Origin: Promethearchaeia archaeon
Lineage (GTDB): Archaea; Asgardarchaeota; Lokiarchaeia; Sigyniarchaeales; SOKP01
Length of the DNA: 64,000 bases
Assembly: GCA_029856145.1 (NCBI GenBank)
Contig: JAHQWK010000019.1
Span: 1,927 to 65,926 of the forward strand
Direction of reading: 5' to 3'
The translations under genes were made by a program, and so were the position numbers. The notes under the pieces were generated by a model, which was not told where the DNA came from, ran no database searches, and worked only from the letters and a program-made list of their open reading frames with translations. Positions 10,384 through 21,167 of this stretch are shown here, one piece after another; position 1 is the first letter of the stretch; each line of letters opens with the position of its first letter.

Positions 10384-11697
10384 TTATTGTTTAAGTTTAT
10401 CTAATCCTAATGATTCCATAAAAGCGTCTACACGCTTCATAGTTCGTGCGAGATCAAATTCTCTCTCATCACCCATGTTACCTTCAAAAGGCATGGTTGG
10501 AATCCCTGCTTTTTGAATAGCTAAACGGTTTTCTGCAATTCCGAGGCTTAGACCCTCACAACCTCTGTTATAATGTAGGAAAACCCCATCCAATTTCCAT
10601 TCCTTAGCAATCCTAATCATCATATCAGATTTGAGTTTTGGATGATAAAAATGCTGCCATTCTGGCTTGCTCAAATTCCAATCAGTAAGAGCTCTTAGAG
10701 CTTCATCTCTATTAGTTATCTCAATATCCGGAATAGATTTAGGACCCCATGTTCCATCTTCTTTTACTTCCCACAATCCTATAAGACCAAAAGTGTAAAG
10801 ACTTCCAACAGAAACGCAACCAAATTGTTCCAAATAGCGAAATATTCTTAAAAATGCCCAAGGGGGTTGAGTATCTGTCATAATTCGACATCTTTCATTT
10901 CCTATAGCAGCAATTCCTCTCTCAACTCGATCTTTTACCTCAGGGTATAGCTCTTTTTCATAAAAATCTGCAGCCCATTGAGCTGATTTTCTTAAAGTAC
11001 CTAGAACGTATAAAGAATACATTGATTTTTCATCTAAAGGAGCGGGAATTGCTTTATTAAGCTCGCAAATTGCCGACCAATAATGACATGAACGAAACTC
11101 ATTCTTAACTGCTTGAATTAATAGTTCATCATCATAATCTCTTCCAGTAACTTTTTCAAGCCAATTGATTCCATCATGCATCTGTCCAACAATATAATTG
11201 ATCTTGTGTTCTGTTCGTTTTTCATAAGGCCCTACTGACACATCAATTGAAAACATTGGAATCCCTCCTTCGAGATCGCTTGCTACTTGATACCATTTAG
11301 CATGAGAACAACAAATATGATCTTGCCAAATAAAGTCCGGTTTGGGGAATTCCTCAGAAAATTGTGGCCAAGCATATTTATTTATGAGGATAGATCCCCA
11401 ATAATTACGCATATATGAACATAGATCTCGCGCAAATCCCTTAGCTTCAGTAGCCTCCTGACATTCTAAAGCTAATTTATCATTAAATGCAACAGTTGCA
11501 CCATATGGTTCCCCCGTTAAGGAATATACATCATCTCCTAAGCCAGCAGGAATTGCATCAAAAGACCAAGCTCCTCCTGCCCATCGAAGGCCCCCTTTTT
11601 CATGAGCCTCAGCAAAATCTTTATAATAATTCTCTCTAAGAATTTTAGCTTTATTCCAACACTTTAATGGTTCTGTTGGATATTTATTTTCTACCAT
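10384..11697 (-). CDS. bzdO: Benzoyl-CoA reductase (Bzd type) subunit O
   Basis: [49 protein letters not shown]. Confidence 0.93.
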   Translation of the reverse strand: MVENKYPTEPLKCWNKAKILRENYYKDFAEAHEKGGLRWAGGAWSFDAIPAGLGDDVYSLTGEPYGATVAFNDKLALECQEATEAKGFARDLCSYMRNYWGSILINKYAWPQFSEEFPKPDFIWQDHICCSHAKWYQVASDLEGGIPMFSIDVSVGPYEKRTEHKINYIVGQMHDGINWLEKVTGRDYDDELLIQAVKNEFRSCHYWSAICELNKAIPAPLDEKSMYSLYVLGTLRKSAQWAADFYEKELYPEVKDRVERGIAAIGNERCRIMTDTQPPWAFLRIFRYLEQFGCVSVGSLYTFGLIGLWEVKEDGTWGPKSIPDIEITNRDEALRALTDWNLSKPEWQHFYHPKLKSDMMIRIAKEWKLDGVFLHYNRGCEGLSLGIAENRLAIQKAGIPTMPFEGNMGDEREFDLARTMKRVDAFMESLGLDKLKQ

Positions 11698-11708
11698 TTT
11701 AAATCCTC

Positions 11709-12833
11709 CTAAAAAAGATCTTCCTCTCTTATTATTTCAAGAAACGCTTCTACCCGCGTTTTAAATTGCCCTATTGGAACAGTAACATCGAATTCAAGGA
11801 ATATCGTAGGAATTCCAACATCATTTTCTAATGCTTCCTTAATTGCAGGAGTATCTAATTCGTGAGGGTCACAGAATTTCATCTGCATCACGATCACTCC
11901 TTGAACATCATATTCCTTTGCTAATTTTATTATATGGTCAAGTCTTGTTCGTTCAGGCCAGTCTTTGCTTGGACATGGCACACGATTAACATATCTTTCT
12001 GCTATTGAAGCTAGAGCATCTCCATTTGTATTTACTTCCTCATAAAAATATCGAGTACCAGTACAATGTTCATCAATAACGATTCTTGCACCTAAATCTT
12101 CAACCATTGCTACAAATTCAGTATCATCATCTTCAGACCCCAATATCATTAGACGTTCACCTGACTCATCTAAACTTCTTGAGGGAAGTTTTTGTAAAAG
12201 TTCTTCTAAAGCTTTATTATGTTCTCGTTTATCAGTCATTTGGGAAGATACAACCATAAGCATTGCTTCAAGCCCCGTCAATGGCGGATTTGGCTTTTTT
12301 CTAAGCTCATATACTTGTTGCAAAAGACGCCTGTTCTTATTCATTATCTCAATTCCTCGATTTAGATCATCATTAGATATTTCCTTACCTGTCCATTCTT
12401 CTATAGCTTTCTTGAACACTTTTAGTTCCTCTGTTAAATAAGGAATGGCTTGAGGGCTTTGAACGTGCATAGGATGTGGTAGATAATATCTAAAATCCAC
12501 AGGAATATGGAGATCCCAACTCGTAAAAGTCTGTCTAATATGAAGACAACTTTGAGCAATTGTAATTCCATCAAGATAGTCATATCTACCTTTTAGCCCT
12601 TGAGCTAAACAATCACGACAGAAAGGGCAAAACATAGCAAAAATATGAGGTTCAGAGACATCTTGCGGCTCATGACTACCTAATATTCTTACGGGTAGAA
12701 TATCTGCCGCATAGAGAATTTCTTCAGGTACGTATGTACAGAACGTTCCTAATACTTTTCCACCGGTACGCTCTTTCCACTTTTTCGCATATTCATGTCG
12801 GTTATCATACCATTCTTTAAATTGTTCAAACAA
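11709..12833 (-). CDS. bzdN: Benzoyl-CoA reductase (Bzd type) subunit N
   Basis: [48 protein letters not shown]. Confidence 0.93.
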   Translation of the reverse strand: MFEQFKEWYDNRHEYAKKWKERTGGKVLGTFCTYVPEEILYAADILPVRILGSHEPQDVSEPHIFAMFCPFCRDCLAQGLKGRYDYLDGITIAQSCLHIRQTFTSWDLHIPVDFRYYLPHPMHVQSPQAIPYLTEELKVFKKAIEEWTGKEISNDDLNRGIEIMNKNRRLLQQVYELRKKPNPPLTGLEAMLMVVSSQMTDKREHNKALEELLQKLPSRSLDESGERLMILGSEDDDTEFVAMVEDLGARIVIDEHCTGTRYFYEEVNTNGDALASIAERYVNRVPCPSKDWPERTRLDHIIKLAKEYDVQGVIVMQMKFCDPHELDTPAIKEALENDVGIPTIFLEFDVTVPIGQFKTRVEAFLEIIREEDLF

Positions 12834-12900
12834 TCTTTATATCCCCTTGATTCATTCTATTTTGGAAAGTTAAAAATAAATTAAAAATTTTATTAAACCT

Positions 12901-13947
12901 CTATTTTTGACATAACATAATTATTCTAATTCCTTCTCCGCGACGCATCACATCAAAAGCTTCATTAATTTCTGAAAGTGGGAATTTGTGGGTAATTAAT
13001 GGTTTAAGCTGAAGTGAACCATTCTTAACTAAGTCAATAATGTGAGGATAATCTACAGGACGGCATCCAAGGCTTCCCATTATTTCCATTTCTCGAAACA
13101 TTACACGACCTATATCGAATCCATCCCATCGTTTAGGTGAATATCCCACAACAACTAAACGACCTCCAGTTCTTAAACTATTGAATGCTTGTTTCATTGT
13201 TGCTGGGTGGCCAATTGCCTCAAAAGCTATATCTACTCCACCTCCTGTTATTTTTCGAATAGCTCCAACGATTTCTCTATCATCCATATCTTTTGCTAAA
13301 ATAGTTTCTACAGCACCAATTTGTTTAGCAATCTCAAGCTTTTTTGGGACAATATCAACAGCTATAGGTAAGCCACCCGCCGCTTTTATATTTTGAACGA
13401 CATTTAAACCAATTCCACCACAACCAATCACCACCGCCCAATCACCAGGTCTTACTTGACCTCGATTTTTTACAGCGTGGTATGGTGTTGAAACAGCATC
13501 CGAAATGATACAACTTTCTTCTAAAGACATTTCAGTGGGCAGATGGACTACATCTTTTATAGGAACCTTAATTTGTTCTGCAAATCCCCCATCAATATGG
13601 TTTCCAAGCATTATTTGATTAAGGCAAATATTTTCTCTACCTGTTCTACAATTAACGCAGTACCCACAGGAAAGCACAGCAGGAATAATAACATGATCTC
13701 CTTCTTTAAAATTTGTTATATCTCCACTTACCTCTTTAATACGTCCTGAGATTTCATGACCTAATATAAGAGGTGGCTGTTTAACTGTTGGTACACCATG
13801 CTCTAAATAACCAAAATCAGTATGACAGACTCCACATGCTTCGATCTCTATTATAGCTTGACCCATCTCTTCCGAAATATTTGGGTCAGGATAATTATCA
13901 TCTAATTTTAAAGGTTCCTTAACTTTTTCAAAAACGGCTGCTTTCAT
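12901..13947 (-). CDS. had: 6-hydroxycyclohex-1-ene-1-carbonyl-CoA dehydrogenase (Zn-ADH family; BzdX/Had)
   Basis: CGVCHTD, GHEISG, CGYCVNC..C, DAVSTPY, GSLGCR. Cluster context. Confidence 0.85.
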   Translation of the reverse strand: MKAAVFEKVKEPLKLDDNYPDPNISEEMGQAIIEIEACGVCHTDFGYLEHGVPTVKQPPLILGHEISGRIKEVSGDITNFKEGDHVIIPAVLSCGYCVNCRTGRENICLNQIMLGNHIDGGFAEQIKVPIKDVVHLPTEMSLEESCIISDAVSTPYHAVKNRGQVRPGDWAVVIGCGGIGLNVVQNIKAAGGLPIAVDIVPKKLEIAKQIGAVETILAKDMDDREIVGAIRKITGGGVDIAFEAIGHPATMKQAFNSLRTGGRLVVVGYSPKRWDGFDIGRVMFREMEIMGSLGCRPVDYPHIIDLVKNGSLQLKPLITHKFPLSEINEAFDVMRRGEGIRIIMLCQK

Positions 13948-14015
13948 TTCAATTTCCTACAATTTGTTTTAATATTATTATAATTTAAACCTAATTCTTA
14001 TTAAATTTAAGAAAA

Positions 14016-14783
14016 TTAACGGTTCTGCCAATTGGGTGATCTTTTCTCTAAAAATGCTTGTAAACCTTCATTTGCGTCATGCGTAGACATTAGTTCTTTA
14101 AGATAAAATTCTTCGATTTCATCTAATTGTCTTTCAAATTCGATTCCTAATGCTTTATTGAATGCCTTTTTTGTGTATTGTAAAATAATAGTACTTATAT
14201 CATTAAAAGATTCAATAAATTTAGCAAAATCCTGCTCATATGATTCAAGTGGGAAAATGTGATTGGAAATTCCAAGTCTATGTGCTTCGTTAGCATCGAT
14301 TATTTCACCTAACATAATAAGTTCAAAAGCTTTTTTATGTCCGATAATTTGAGGAAAAGCCAATACAGCAATGGGTGGCAATACTCCTACTTTTATTTCT
14401 GGTTGCCCGAATTTTGCTTTATCTGAGGTAAGTACAATATCACAGAATATAGCTATTTCACAACCTCCACCAAGAGCGGCTCCTTTAATGCTTGCAATTG
14501 TTGGACATTTTAACTTGTTAAGCTTTCTGAAAATTCCATGAAATTCTTTAATCATTTTGGGAGCCTTATCACCCATATGGTCACTTATGTCAACCCCCGC
14601 TGAAAAAGCTTTTCCGTTATGGTCGAAAATAACTGCTTTTAATGATTGATCTTCGAGAAAACCATCAAGGGCTCTATTGATTTGCTCCATCATAGCTATA
14701 GTTAATATATTCAATGGACCATTGTTTAATATTATTTTCCCAATATTATTGGCTTTTTCGACTATAATTAAATCATTTGTCAA
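14016..14783 (-). CDS. dch: Cyclohexa-1,5-dienecarbonyl-CoA hydratase (BzdW/Dch)
   Basis: Crotonase motifs FSAGVD, LGGGCE, GQPEIKVG, THDANEGL. Cluster context. Confidence 0.85.
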   Translation of the reverse strand: MTNDLIIVEKANNIGKIILNNGPLNILTIAMMEQINRALDGFLEDQSLKAVIFDHNGKAFSAGVDISDHMGDKAPKMIKEFHGIFRKLNKLKCPTIASIKGAALGGGCEIAIFCDIVLTSDKAKFGQPEIKVGVLPPIAVLAFPQIIGHKKAFELIMLGEIIDANEAHRLGISNHIFPLESYEQDFAKFIESFNDISTIILQYTKKAFNKALGIEFERQLDEIEEFYLKELMSTHDANEGLQAFLEKRSPNWQNR

Positions 14784-14868
14784 TTTAAATCATCCAATAT
14801 GGCTATTAACTTCTTTTAAACTAATCTTATTTTTTTCTAATAAAAAAAATTTTTATATTTTATTATTA

Positions 14869-15828
14869 TTATTCGAGTTTAGCTCCACAATTACCGCAAA
14901 ACTTGAAATCAGAAGGTATACTTTTAACTTGACATGAAGGGCATGTTTTAGAAGGTGGTCCCCATAAAAATTCTGGATGAGGGCTTTCTCGTACACCTCT
15001 ATAATTTGGAGGGCGTTTTTCTACAAATGCCGACATTCCTTCAAGTGGTTCCCAAGAAGTATAGTGAATTGATAACCAATCTTTTGCGTGTCCAATTGTT
15101 TGATGCCAAACAAAATCCTTCCAAAAATTAACCTGCTGTTTTGTATATCTCATGCATTCTGGAAATTTGTCAATAAGCTTCTGACACATTTTATCCACTG
15201 CAGCATCTATTTCTGCATATGGTACTACTTCATTAACTAAACCCCATTCCATCGCTTTTTTAGCTGAGATTGGCTCACATAGAAATAGAATTTCTCTAGC
15301 ACGACGGTCACCAACTATGATGGGTAACCATTGAGTAGCACCTCCACATGCCACGGAACCTACTCTCGTCCCTACTTGTTGGATTGTTGCGTGTTCTGCT
15401 GCTATTGCTAAATCACATGCCATTTGCCATTCATTCCCTCCACCTGCGACGATTCCGTTAATTCTCGCGATCGTAGGTTTGCCAATATTGCGGAATACAT
15501 CGTGAGCTTCTTGAAAGATGGACATCCATTTCCAATATTCAGCAGGTTGAATGGTAAATCTTTCTCTATACTCTTTTACATCTCCGCCAGTACAAAAAGC
15601 TTTATCACCTGCTCCTGTTAAGATAATAACGGCAACTTTATTATCCCAGGCGGCATCATGAAAAGCTTCAATCATTTCCATTAATGTAAGGGTCGAATAA
15701 GCATTATATACTTCTGGACGGTTAATTGTAACTTTTGCTTTCCAGTCTTTCTTTTCATAAATTATTTCTTTAAAATCAAATTCTTTTGGGTCCTTAGGAG
15801 TAAAATTCGGTTCTTTGGTATAGCTCAT
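14869..15828 (-). CDS. oah: 6-oxocyclohex-1-ene-1-carbonyl-CoA hydrolase (BzdY/Oah) with C-terminal zinc ribbon
   Basis: AFCTGGDVKEY, GGGNE..ACD, GSVACGGATQWLP, TKQQVNFWK. C-terminal CPSC..CGNCG. Confidence 0.8.
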   Translation of the reverse strand: MSYTKEPNFTPKDPKEFDFKEIIYEKKDWKAKVTINRPEVYNAYSTLTLMEMIEAFHDAAWDNKVAVIILTGAGDKAFCTGGDVKEYRERFTIQPAEYWKWMSIFQEAHDVFRNIGKPTIARINGIVAGGGNEWQMACDLAIAAEHATIQQVGTRVGSVACGGATQWLPIIVGDRRAREILFLCEPISAKKAMEWGLVNEVVPYAEIDAAVDKMCQKLIDKFPECMRYTKQQVNFWKDFVWHQTIGHAKDWLSIHYTSWEPLEGMSAFVEKRPPNYRGVRESPHPEFLWGPPSKTCPSCQVKSIPSDFKFCGNCGAKLE

Positions 15829-16043
15829 AAAATCACATCTATTATTGATTTTTTTGATTTCTTTTATTTTTATTATTATTCTTAGATAATTTTACAAATT
15901 CATTTAAAATTTGTTAATAGAAAACGTTTGGTGGGAATAAAATTCCACTATAAGAGCAATTAGGATGGAATATAAAAAAGAGTAATATTTAAACTGAACA
16001 TTATCATAATATCTAATGTAGATTCGGAAAAGAAAATAAAAAA

Positions 16044-16340
16044 TTGGACAGAATAACTGTGGTATCAGATAAAGAAAAAAGACAAGAAGAAAAAGACTTA
16101 GAGATTCCACCTAGAGGAAAAGACTGGGAGAGGGGATTCACAGTTGAAGAAAATAGAGTTGCTGAGTACGTAGAATTGTATGAATCAATTGGATATGAAA
16201 TACGTGTTGAACCTGCTACTCCTGATGAGATGGAAGATTGTCAAGTATGCTTTAAAGATGATTTTGATAATTTGCGAACAATCTACATTAAACGAAATAA
16301 AAATAAAGATAATGAAATGAATTTAGAAGACTTATTATAA
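16044..16340 (+). CDS. Small CxxC-containing hypothetical protein divergent from the bzd operon
   Basis: WERGFT..YVELYESIGYEIRVE..CQVC..TIY. Normal codon usage. Confidence 0.7.
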   Translation: MDRITVVSDKEKRQEEKDLEIPPRGKDWERGFTVEENRVAEYVELYESIGYEIRVEPATPDEMEDCQVCFKDDFDNLRTIYIKRNKNKDNEMNLEDLL

Positions 16341-16351
16341 TTTATTTCAAA

Positions 16352-17611
16352 TCACACCTCAAAAGCCCATTCTCCACTCCGCATAATCGGTTCCGATGTT
16401 CCATTTTCTAATATTCCATCAACATCCATTTCTCCCGAACCAATCATGAAATCTACATGTATAAGACTCATATTACCACCAATATTCATAAATTCTTCAT
16501 CAGACATCTTCTCACCATTTTCCAAACATGGACTATAAGCCCTACCTAGAGCAATATGACAAGAAGCATTTTCATCAATTAAGCTATTATAAAATAATAA
16601 ACCGGATTGTGATATGGGTGAACTATGTGGAACTAATGCGATTTCACCCAAACGGCTTGCTCCTTCATCAGTTTTTATAAATTGATCTAAGAATTTTTGG
16701 CCTTTTCCTGCAGTTGCTTCTATAACTTTCCCTTCTGAAAATTTCAGTTTGAAATCCTCAATACGAGATCCAGCATAATTTAGTGGTTTAGTTGCGGTTA
16801 CAACTCCTTCTATTTTATCTTTATGAGGTAATGTAAAAATTTCCTCAGTAGGGAGATTTGCAGTAAAAACAATCCCATTTTGACTTTTTTCACTTCCACC
16901 AATCCAAATATGTTTCTTTGGTAGTCCAATCACTAAATCTGTTCCAGGAGCTTTTAATTTTAAGGTTGAATATTGCTTATTGTTCAAAAATCTTCTCCTT
17001 GCATGGAGTTTGTTATTATGATCGTTCCAAGCTGAAACTGGGTCTTTTTGTTTCACACGGCAGATATCAAAGATTGTATCCCATAATTTGGTTTTTCGTT
17101 TATCAGGTGCTATATTGGGGAAGATTTTATTGGCCCAACCATCAACAGGAGCAGCAATCACTGTCCAATTCGTAGCATTTTTACTAATTAACTTATTAAA
17201 AGGTTTATTGTGCTTTAAAGAAGTTCTTCTTCTAATATCCATAAGGTCAGGATCTTGTTCAATGAATAAATCAGGGTTAGAAGCTAAAATTCCTAATATC
17301 GCATCACCTTTTTCTGCAAACTCAAGCTTTACATCCCGTCTCCACGTTGGGAATTCTTCAAAAGAATCTCGGGGAGCATGCTGGAATCTAATCAAATGAA
17401 TCTGGGGATGATCCCATAGTACTTCAACAAATCTAGCACCCAATTGATATGCCTTCCTCACAAGTATCTCGACAAAGGGGGCTAGTTCAAGGGGAAATGA
17501 AGCAAATGTAGTCTGAAAAATCAAAAGACGTTGTCCTTTTTGTAGATTAAGACCTACTTTCAATATTACTTCAGTATACTTTTCTAAATTTTGGTCAAAT
17601 TCTAATGACAT
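16352..17611 (-). CDS. Aminopeptidase, M29 family (AmpS/AmpT)
   Basis: ANLPTEEIFT, LGEIAL, DENASCHIALG, SLIHVDFMIG. Confidence 0.93.
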   Translation of the reverse strand: MSLEFDQNLEKYTEVILKVGLNLQKGQRLLIFQTTFASFPLELAPFVEILVRKAYQLGARFVEVLWDHPQIHLIRFQHAPRDSFEEFPTWRRDVKLEFAEKGDAILGILASNPDLFIEQDPDLMDIRRRTSLKHNKPFNKLISKNATNWTVIAAPVDGWANKIFPNIAPDKRKTKLWDTIFDICRVKQKDPVSAWNDHNNKLHARRRFLNNKQYSTLKLKAPGTDLVIGLPKKHIWIGGSEKSQNGIVFTANLPTEEIFTLPHKDKIEGVVTATKPLNYAGSRIEDFKLKFSEGKVIEATAGKGQKFLDQFIKTDEGASRLGEIALVPHSSPISQSGLLFYNSLIDENASCHIALGRAYSPCLENGEKMSDEEFMNIGGNMSLIHVDFMIGSGEMDVDGILENGTSEPIMRSGEWAFEV

Positions 17612-17790
17612 TGAATTTTCATTTTAATTTTTGAATTTAATTAATTATATTGGATTATATTTACTATAAAAAAGTTATACATTTTTGAAATGTTTTAAAG
17701 ATGTTAATTTAAAGAAGGATTTTGTAAATTCTGTTTTGACTCTGAAATTTTTAGTCAATATTTTTATCTATTTTTTCATTAGATTTATTT

Positions 17791-18231
17791 ATGTCGAAAA
17801 CAGATATCGTTAAATTTGACGATTATAATGAGGGTGATTCTGCTTCTTGCAGTAAAACTATTACTGAAGCGGATGTAACCCTATTTGCGGGAATCAGTGG
17901 AGATTTTAATCCTCTTCACGTGAATGAAGAGTTTGCAAAAACCCAAATGTTCGGTACACGGGTAGTTCATGGTGCTTTTAGTTCAGCATTAATTTCAGCA
18001 GTACTTGGTGTTCATTTATTTGGTCCAGGAGCTCTCTATGCTTCGCAAAAAGTAGTATTTAAGAAACCAGTGTTTATTGGGGATACATTAACAGCAGTAG
18101 CAACTGTAATAAAGAAATATACTAAAGAAGGAAAAAGTGGAGTATTACAATTTCTAGATATAGAAACCAAAGTCTTGAATCAAAAAAAGGAAGTTGTTAC
18201 AGACGGCGAAGCCCAAGTATTAGTTATGTAA
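17791..18231 (+). CDS. MaoC-family (R)-enoyl-CoA hydratase
   Basis: FAGISGDFNPLH, RVVHG, PGA..F.KPVFIGD. Confidence 0.9.
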   Translation: MSKTDIVKFDDYNEGDSASCSKTITEADVTLFAGISGDFNPLHVNEEFAKTQMFGTRVVHGAFSSALISAVLGVHLFGPGALYASQKVVFKKPVFIGDTLTAVATVIKKYTKEGKSGVLQFLDIETKVLNQKKEVVTDGEAQVLVM

Positions 18232-18415
18232 ACTCTTTTTTTTCTATTTTGATTTTTTTTTGTTATTTCACTTTTATAATAGCTCTTTGAGCAAAAGGTT
18301 TTCGAAAAATTTTTTGTATTTGCTTTATTTATTTTAAATAGAGTATCTTAGAATAGCACGTTATAAGAGATACTTAAATAGAAGCACACTAATTACCGTA
18401 GAATAGGATCAAGAA

Positions 18416-19552
18416 ATGTCTGAAAAAGTCGAAGATCGAATAAAAGAACTAGAAGAACGATTGGCTTCCACTAAAGTAAACAAAGCTACACAAAAAAGTA
18501 TAAATTTCCTTAAAGCACAATTAGCTAAACTCCGCAATGACTTGATTCGTATCGCAAGTTCTAAGAAAGGCGGTGGTGGTGGCTTCGGTATTAAAAGAAC
18601 AGGAGATGCCCAAGTGGCATTCATTGGATTTCCCTCAGTTGGGAAATCTTCTTTATTAAATTTGCTAACTGAAGGTAATACTCACTCTAAAGTTGCATCA
18701 TATGATTTTACTACTGTTAAAGCCATACCTGGTATGATGAATATCGAAGAAGCGAAAATTCAGCTTATTGATTTACCTGGAATAATTTTGGGTGCTGCTG
18801 CTGGTAAAGGGCGAGGAAAAGAAGTATTAGCAGCAGTCCGCTCGGCAGAGTTAGTGTTAATTATAATATGTTTTCGTTCTGATGGAACGATTAATCTTTC
18901 TGATTTGCAAACTATTAGAATGGAGTTGAATAACGCAGGAATCCGGTTAAATACAAGACCACCTAAGATTGTAATTAAAGAACGCACACGTGGAGGAATT
19001 CATTTTACTTACAAAGGTCGCCAACTCATGGATGCTGATGAAGTTAAATCTCTAATGAATGAACTTAAAGTCCGGAACGCAGGGGTTTATTTCTCTGAAC
19101 CAGATATTACGCCCGATGAATTAATAGATTTCATATTTGGAAATCGTATCTACACAAGAGAATACGTGGTAATTAATAAATCAGATTTGATGAAAGAAAA
19201 AATACCAAATAAAGTCATTACAGAGGCAATTGGTCACGAACATTGGGTTATGATCTCAGTTAAAAATCATAAAAAAATTAAGACGCTCCGTCATAAAATT
19301 TTCGAGGAATTGAATTTAATTAGAATATATTTAAAACCTCCAAGACAAGAAGCGGATTTGGATGAACCTATTATTCTTCATCATGGAGATACTATTGAAA
19401 CACTCTGTCGTAAAATTCACAAACGATTCATAAGCGATTATCGCTACTCGTTAATATGGGGTAAATCTGCTAAGCACCCAGGTCAAAAATTTGATAACCT
19501 AGATCACGTAGTTGAGGATGGTGACATAATTTCAATTTATCTGAAGCGATAG
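18416..19552 (+). CDS. DRG/Rbg1-family GTPase with TGS domain
   Basis: GFPSVGKSS, YDFTT, DLPG, GKGRG, NKSD, WGKSAKHPGQ. Confidence 0.93.
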   Translation: MSEKVEDRIKELEERLASTKVNKATQKSINFLKAQLAKLRNDLIRIASSKKGGGGGFGIKRTGDAQVAFIGFPSVGKSSLLNLLTEGNTHSKVASYDFTTVKAIPGMMNIEEAKIQLIDLPGIILGAAAGKGRGKEVLAAVRSAELVLIIICFRSDGTINLSDLQTIRMELNNAGIRLNTRPPKIVIKERTRGGIHFTYKGRQLMDADEVKSLMNELKVRNAGVYFSEPDITPDELIDFIFGNRIYTREYVVINKSDLMKEKIPNKVITEAIGHEHWVMISVKNHKKIKTLRHKIFEELNLIRIYLKPPRQEADLDEPIILHHGDTIETLCRKIHKRFISDYRYSLIWGKSAKHPGQKFDNLDHVVEDGDIISIYLKR

Positions 19553-19645
19553 TAGGAATTCTCATGGCTTGTATATATATCTATAATTCTATTAATAAAA
19601 TAAATATCTCTAAGATGGATGAATTAGCTAAAAAACTTTATAAAA

Positions 19646-20962
19646 TCAATTTTGCAGGAAAAACAAAACTGTTGGAATTAACTGCCCTTTAAGCGATAAT
19701 CTTTCGTTTTTTGGTAAATTCACTAAATTTGCCGCCATGTTATTTATTGACTGTTCAGCAGAATCGAGGTCAAATAACCTCCTGTATTTAGGATTGTCTG
19801 GATATGATACGATTGATTTTTCCCACCGCAAACCTAAAGCGTTGGCTTGGAGTTGTAATCCTGTCAGTGCCATTCCTGCTTCAATCTCAGCCCAGTATTT
19901 TGGATCCATGAAGGCCTTTCCAATTTTGCTATGCATGAACCCTGAACACGGTTTTTTTCTATCTATACACAGTAAAATTATATAGTTTGAGTAATTAATG
20001 CCAAATTCCTTTTCTATTTCGCCTTTAATATTGTTAGAGGTAAATTTGTGAATTGCATGATCGTAGGTTACCTTTTCATCAACGCGAATCCATCTATTTA
20101 ACGCGGAAAATCCCACGGGGTTGTAAAAATAAGCTCCTTTTGGCAAGTTAGCGAGTTGATCAACTAAGACTATTGGATATACAGCGTATCCCGCACATCC
20201 AGAAGCATGGACTCTACCATAACCATTTTTCTCTAAAGCATCTCTGTTTCCATGAGTAGCATGATCATTTTCGCCTTGGCAAGCCCATAATAATTGAGAA
20301 ATCTCATGTAAGGTTGAATGATTTGGAGCTTCTTTTTCCATCTGATTAAAAATGGCTTTATCTAATGGTATACCCTGATATTGATTTTTATAGATTGCGC
20401 GATCTTTGTAACATCCTGGCGTTTCGAGTAGTACAGTACCGCTCTCCAGTTCTTTTTGAAGAGGCTTTGATGTATCTTCTACTAAAGCCCCTCGATCTCT
20501 TTCTCGAACTGCTACTGAATACAAAAAGACATAATTTTGATTAAATTCGTTGTTAATGATTTTATTATATTTTTTCGGAGCTTTAGCTCGTTGTGATACT
20601 CCAAGCCCCATGCTTTCCACTTTTAATGAGAGATATTGCCAAATAAGCCCTAAGTCGATTAATTCATCTAATTCGATTGATTCTTTCCAAATTAATTCTG
20701 GATAGATCTCCATTGAATATTGAGTTTTTTCTTTATTTGCAATTAACGTTAACTTGTTATCTTTATACAAATATATTCCACCCGAATAATCCTCTCCATT
20801 GGGCAGTACTATAAATAAAGACTTTGAGGGTGCAGCTTGGTTGGCAGACTTACAAATATCCAAGATATCCGTTAGTGATAAAGTTCGACCCTCCCCTGAA
20901 CAGTCTTTACGACTTGCTAAACATTCTTGTAGACTCATTTTCAATTCATTTTTATTACTCAT
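19646..20962 (-). CDS. SagB/nitroreductase-like duplicated-domain protein
   Basis: ISQLLWACQG, RVHASG.A..YP, LPKGAYFYNP, EAGM..LQLQA.ALGL. N-terminal half looks like a degenerate copy. Confidence 0.65.
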   Translation of the reverse strand: MSNKNELKMSLQECLASRKDCSGEGRTLSLTDILDICKSANQAAPSKSLFIVLPNGEDYSGGIYLYKDNKLTLIANKEKTQYSMEIYPELIWKESIELDELIDLGLIWQYLSLKVESMGLGVSQRAKAPKKYNKIINNEFNQNYVFLYSVAVRERDRGALVEDTSKPLQKELESGTVLLETPGCYKDRAIYKNQYQGIPLDKAIFNQMEKEAPNHSTLHEISQLLWACQGENDHATHGNRDALEKNGYGRVHASGCAGYAVYPIVLVDQLANLPKGAYFYNPVGFSALNRWIRVDEKVTYDHAIHKFTSNNIKGEIEKEFGINYSNYIILLCIDRKKPCSGFMHSKIGKAFMDPKYWAEIEAGMALTGLQLQANALGLRWEKSIVSYPDNPKYRRLFDLDSAEQSINNMAANLVNLPKNERLSLKGQLIPTVLFFLQN

Positions 20963-21167
20963 TAACTCTGATTAGACATTTATTTCAAATTAATTTTATG
21001 CAAAGTGATTTTCAAAGAAATTTCCCATAAATATGGGAAAAGATAAAATTTTTTATATAATTTAGATGTTTAAAATAAGATTAAAATATTTTTGAAATCG
21101 TTCTGAGTCATTAAAACAGAGAAATTATTTATTTAAATGAATGTATGCATGAAAGGAGGATAAATAT

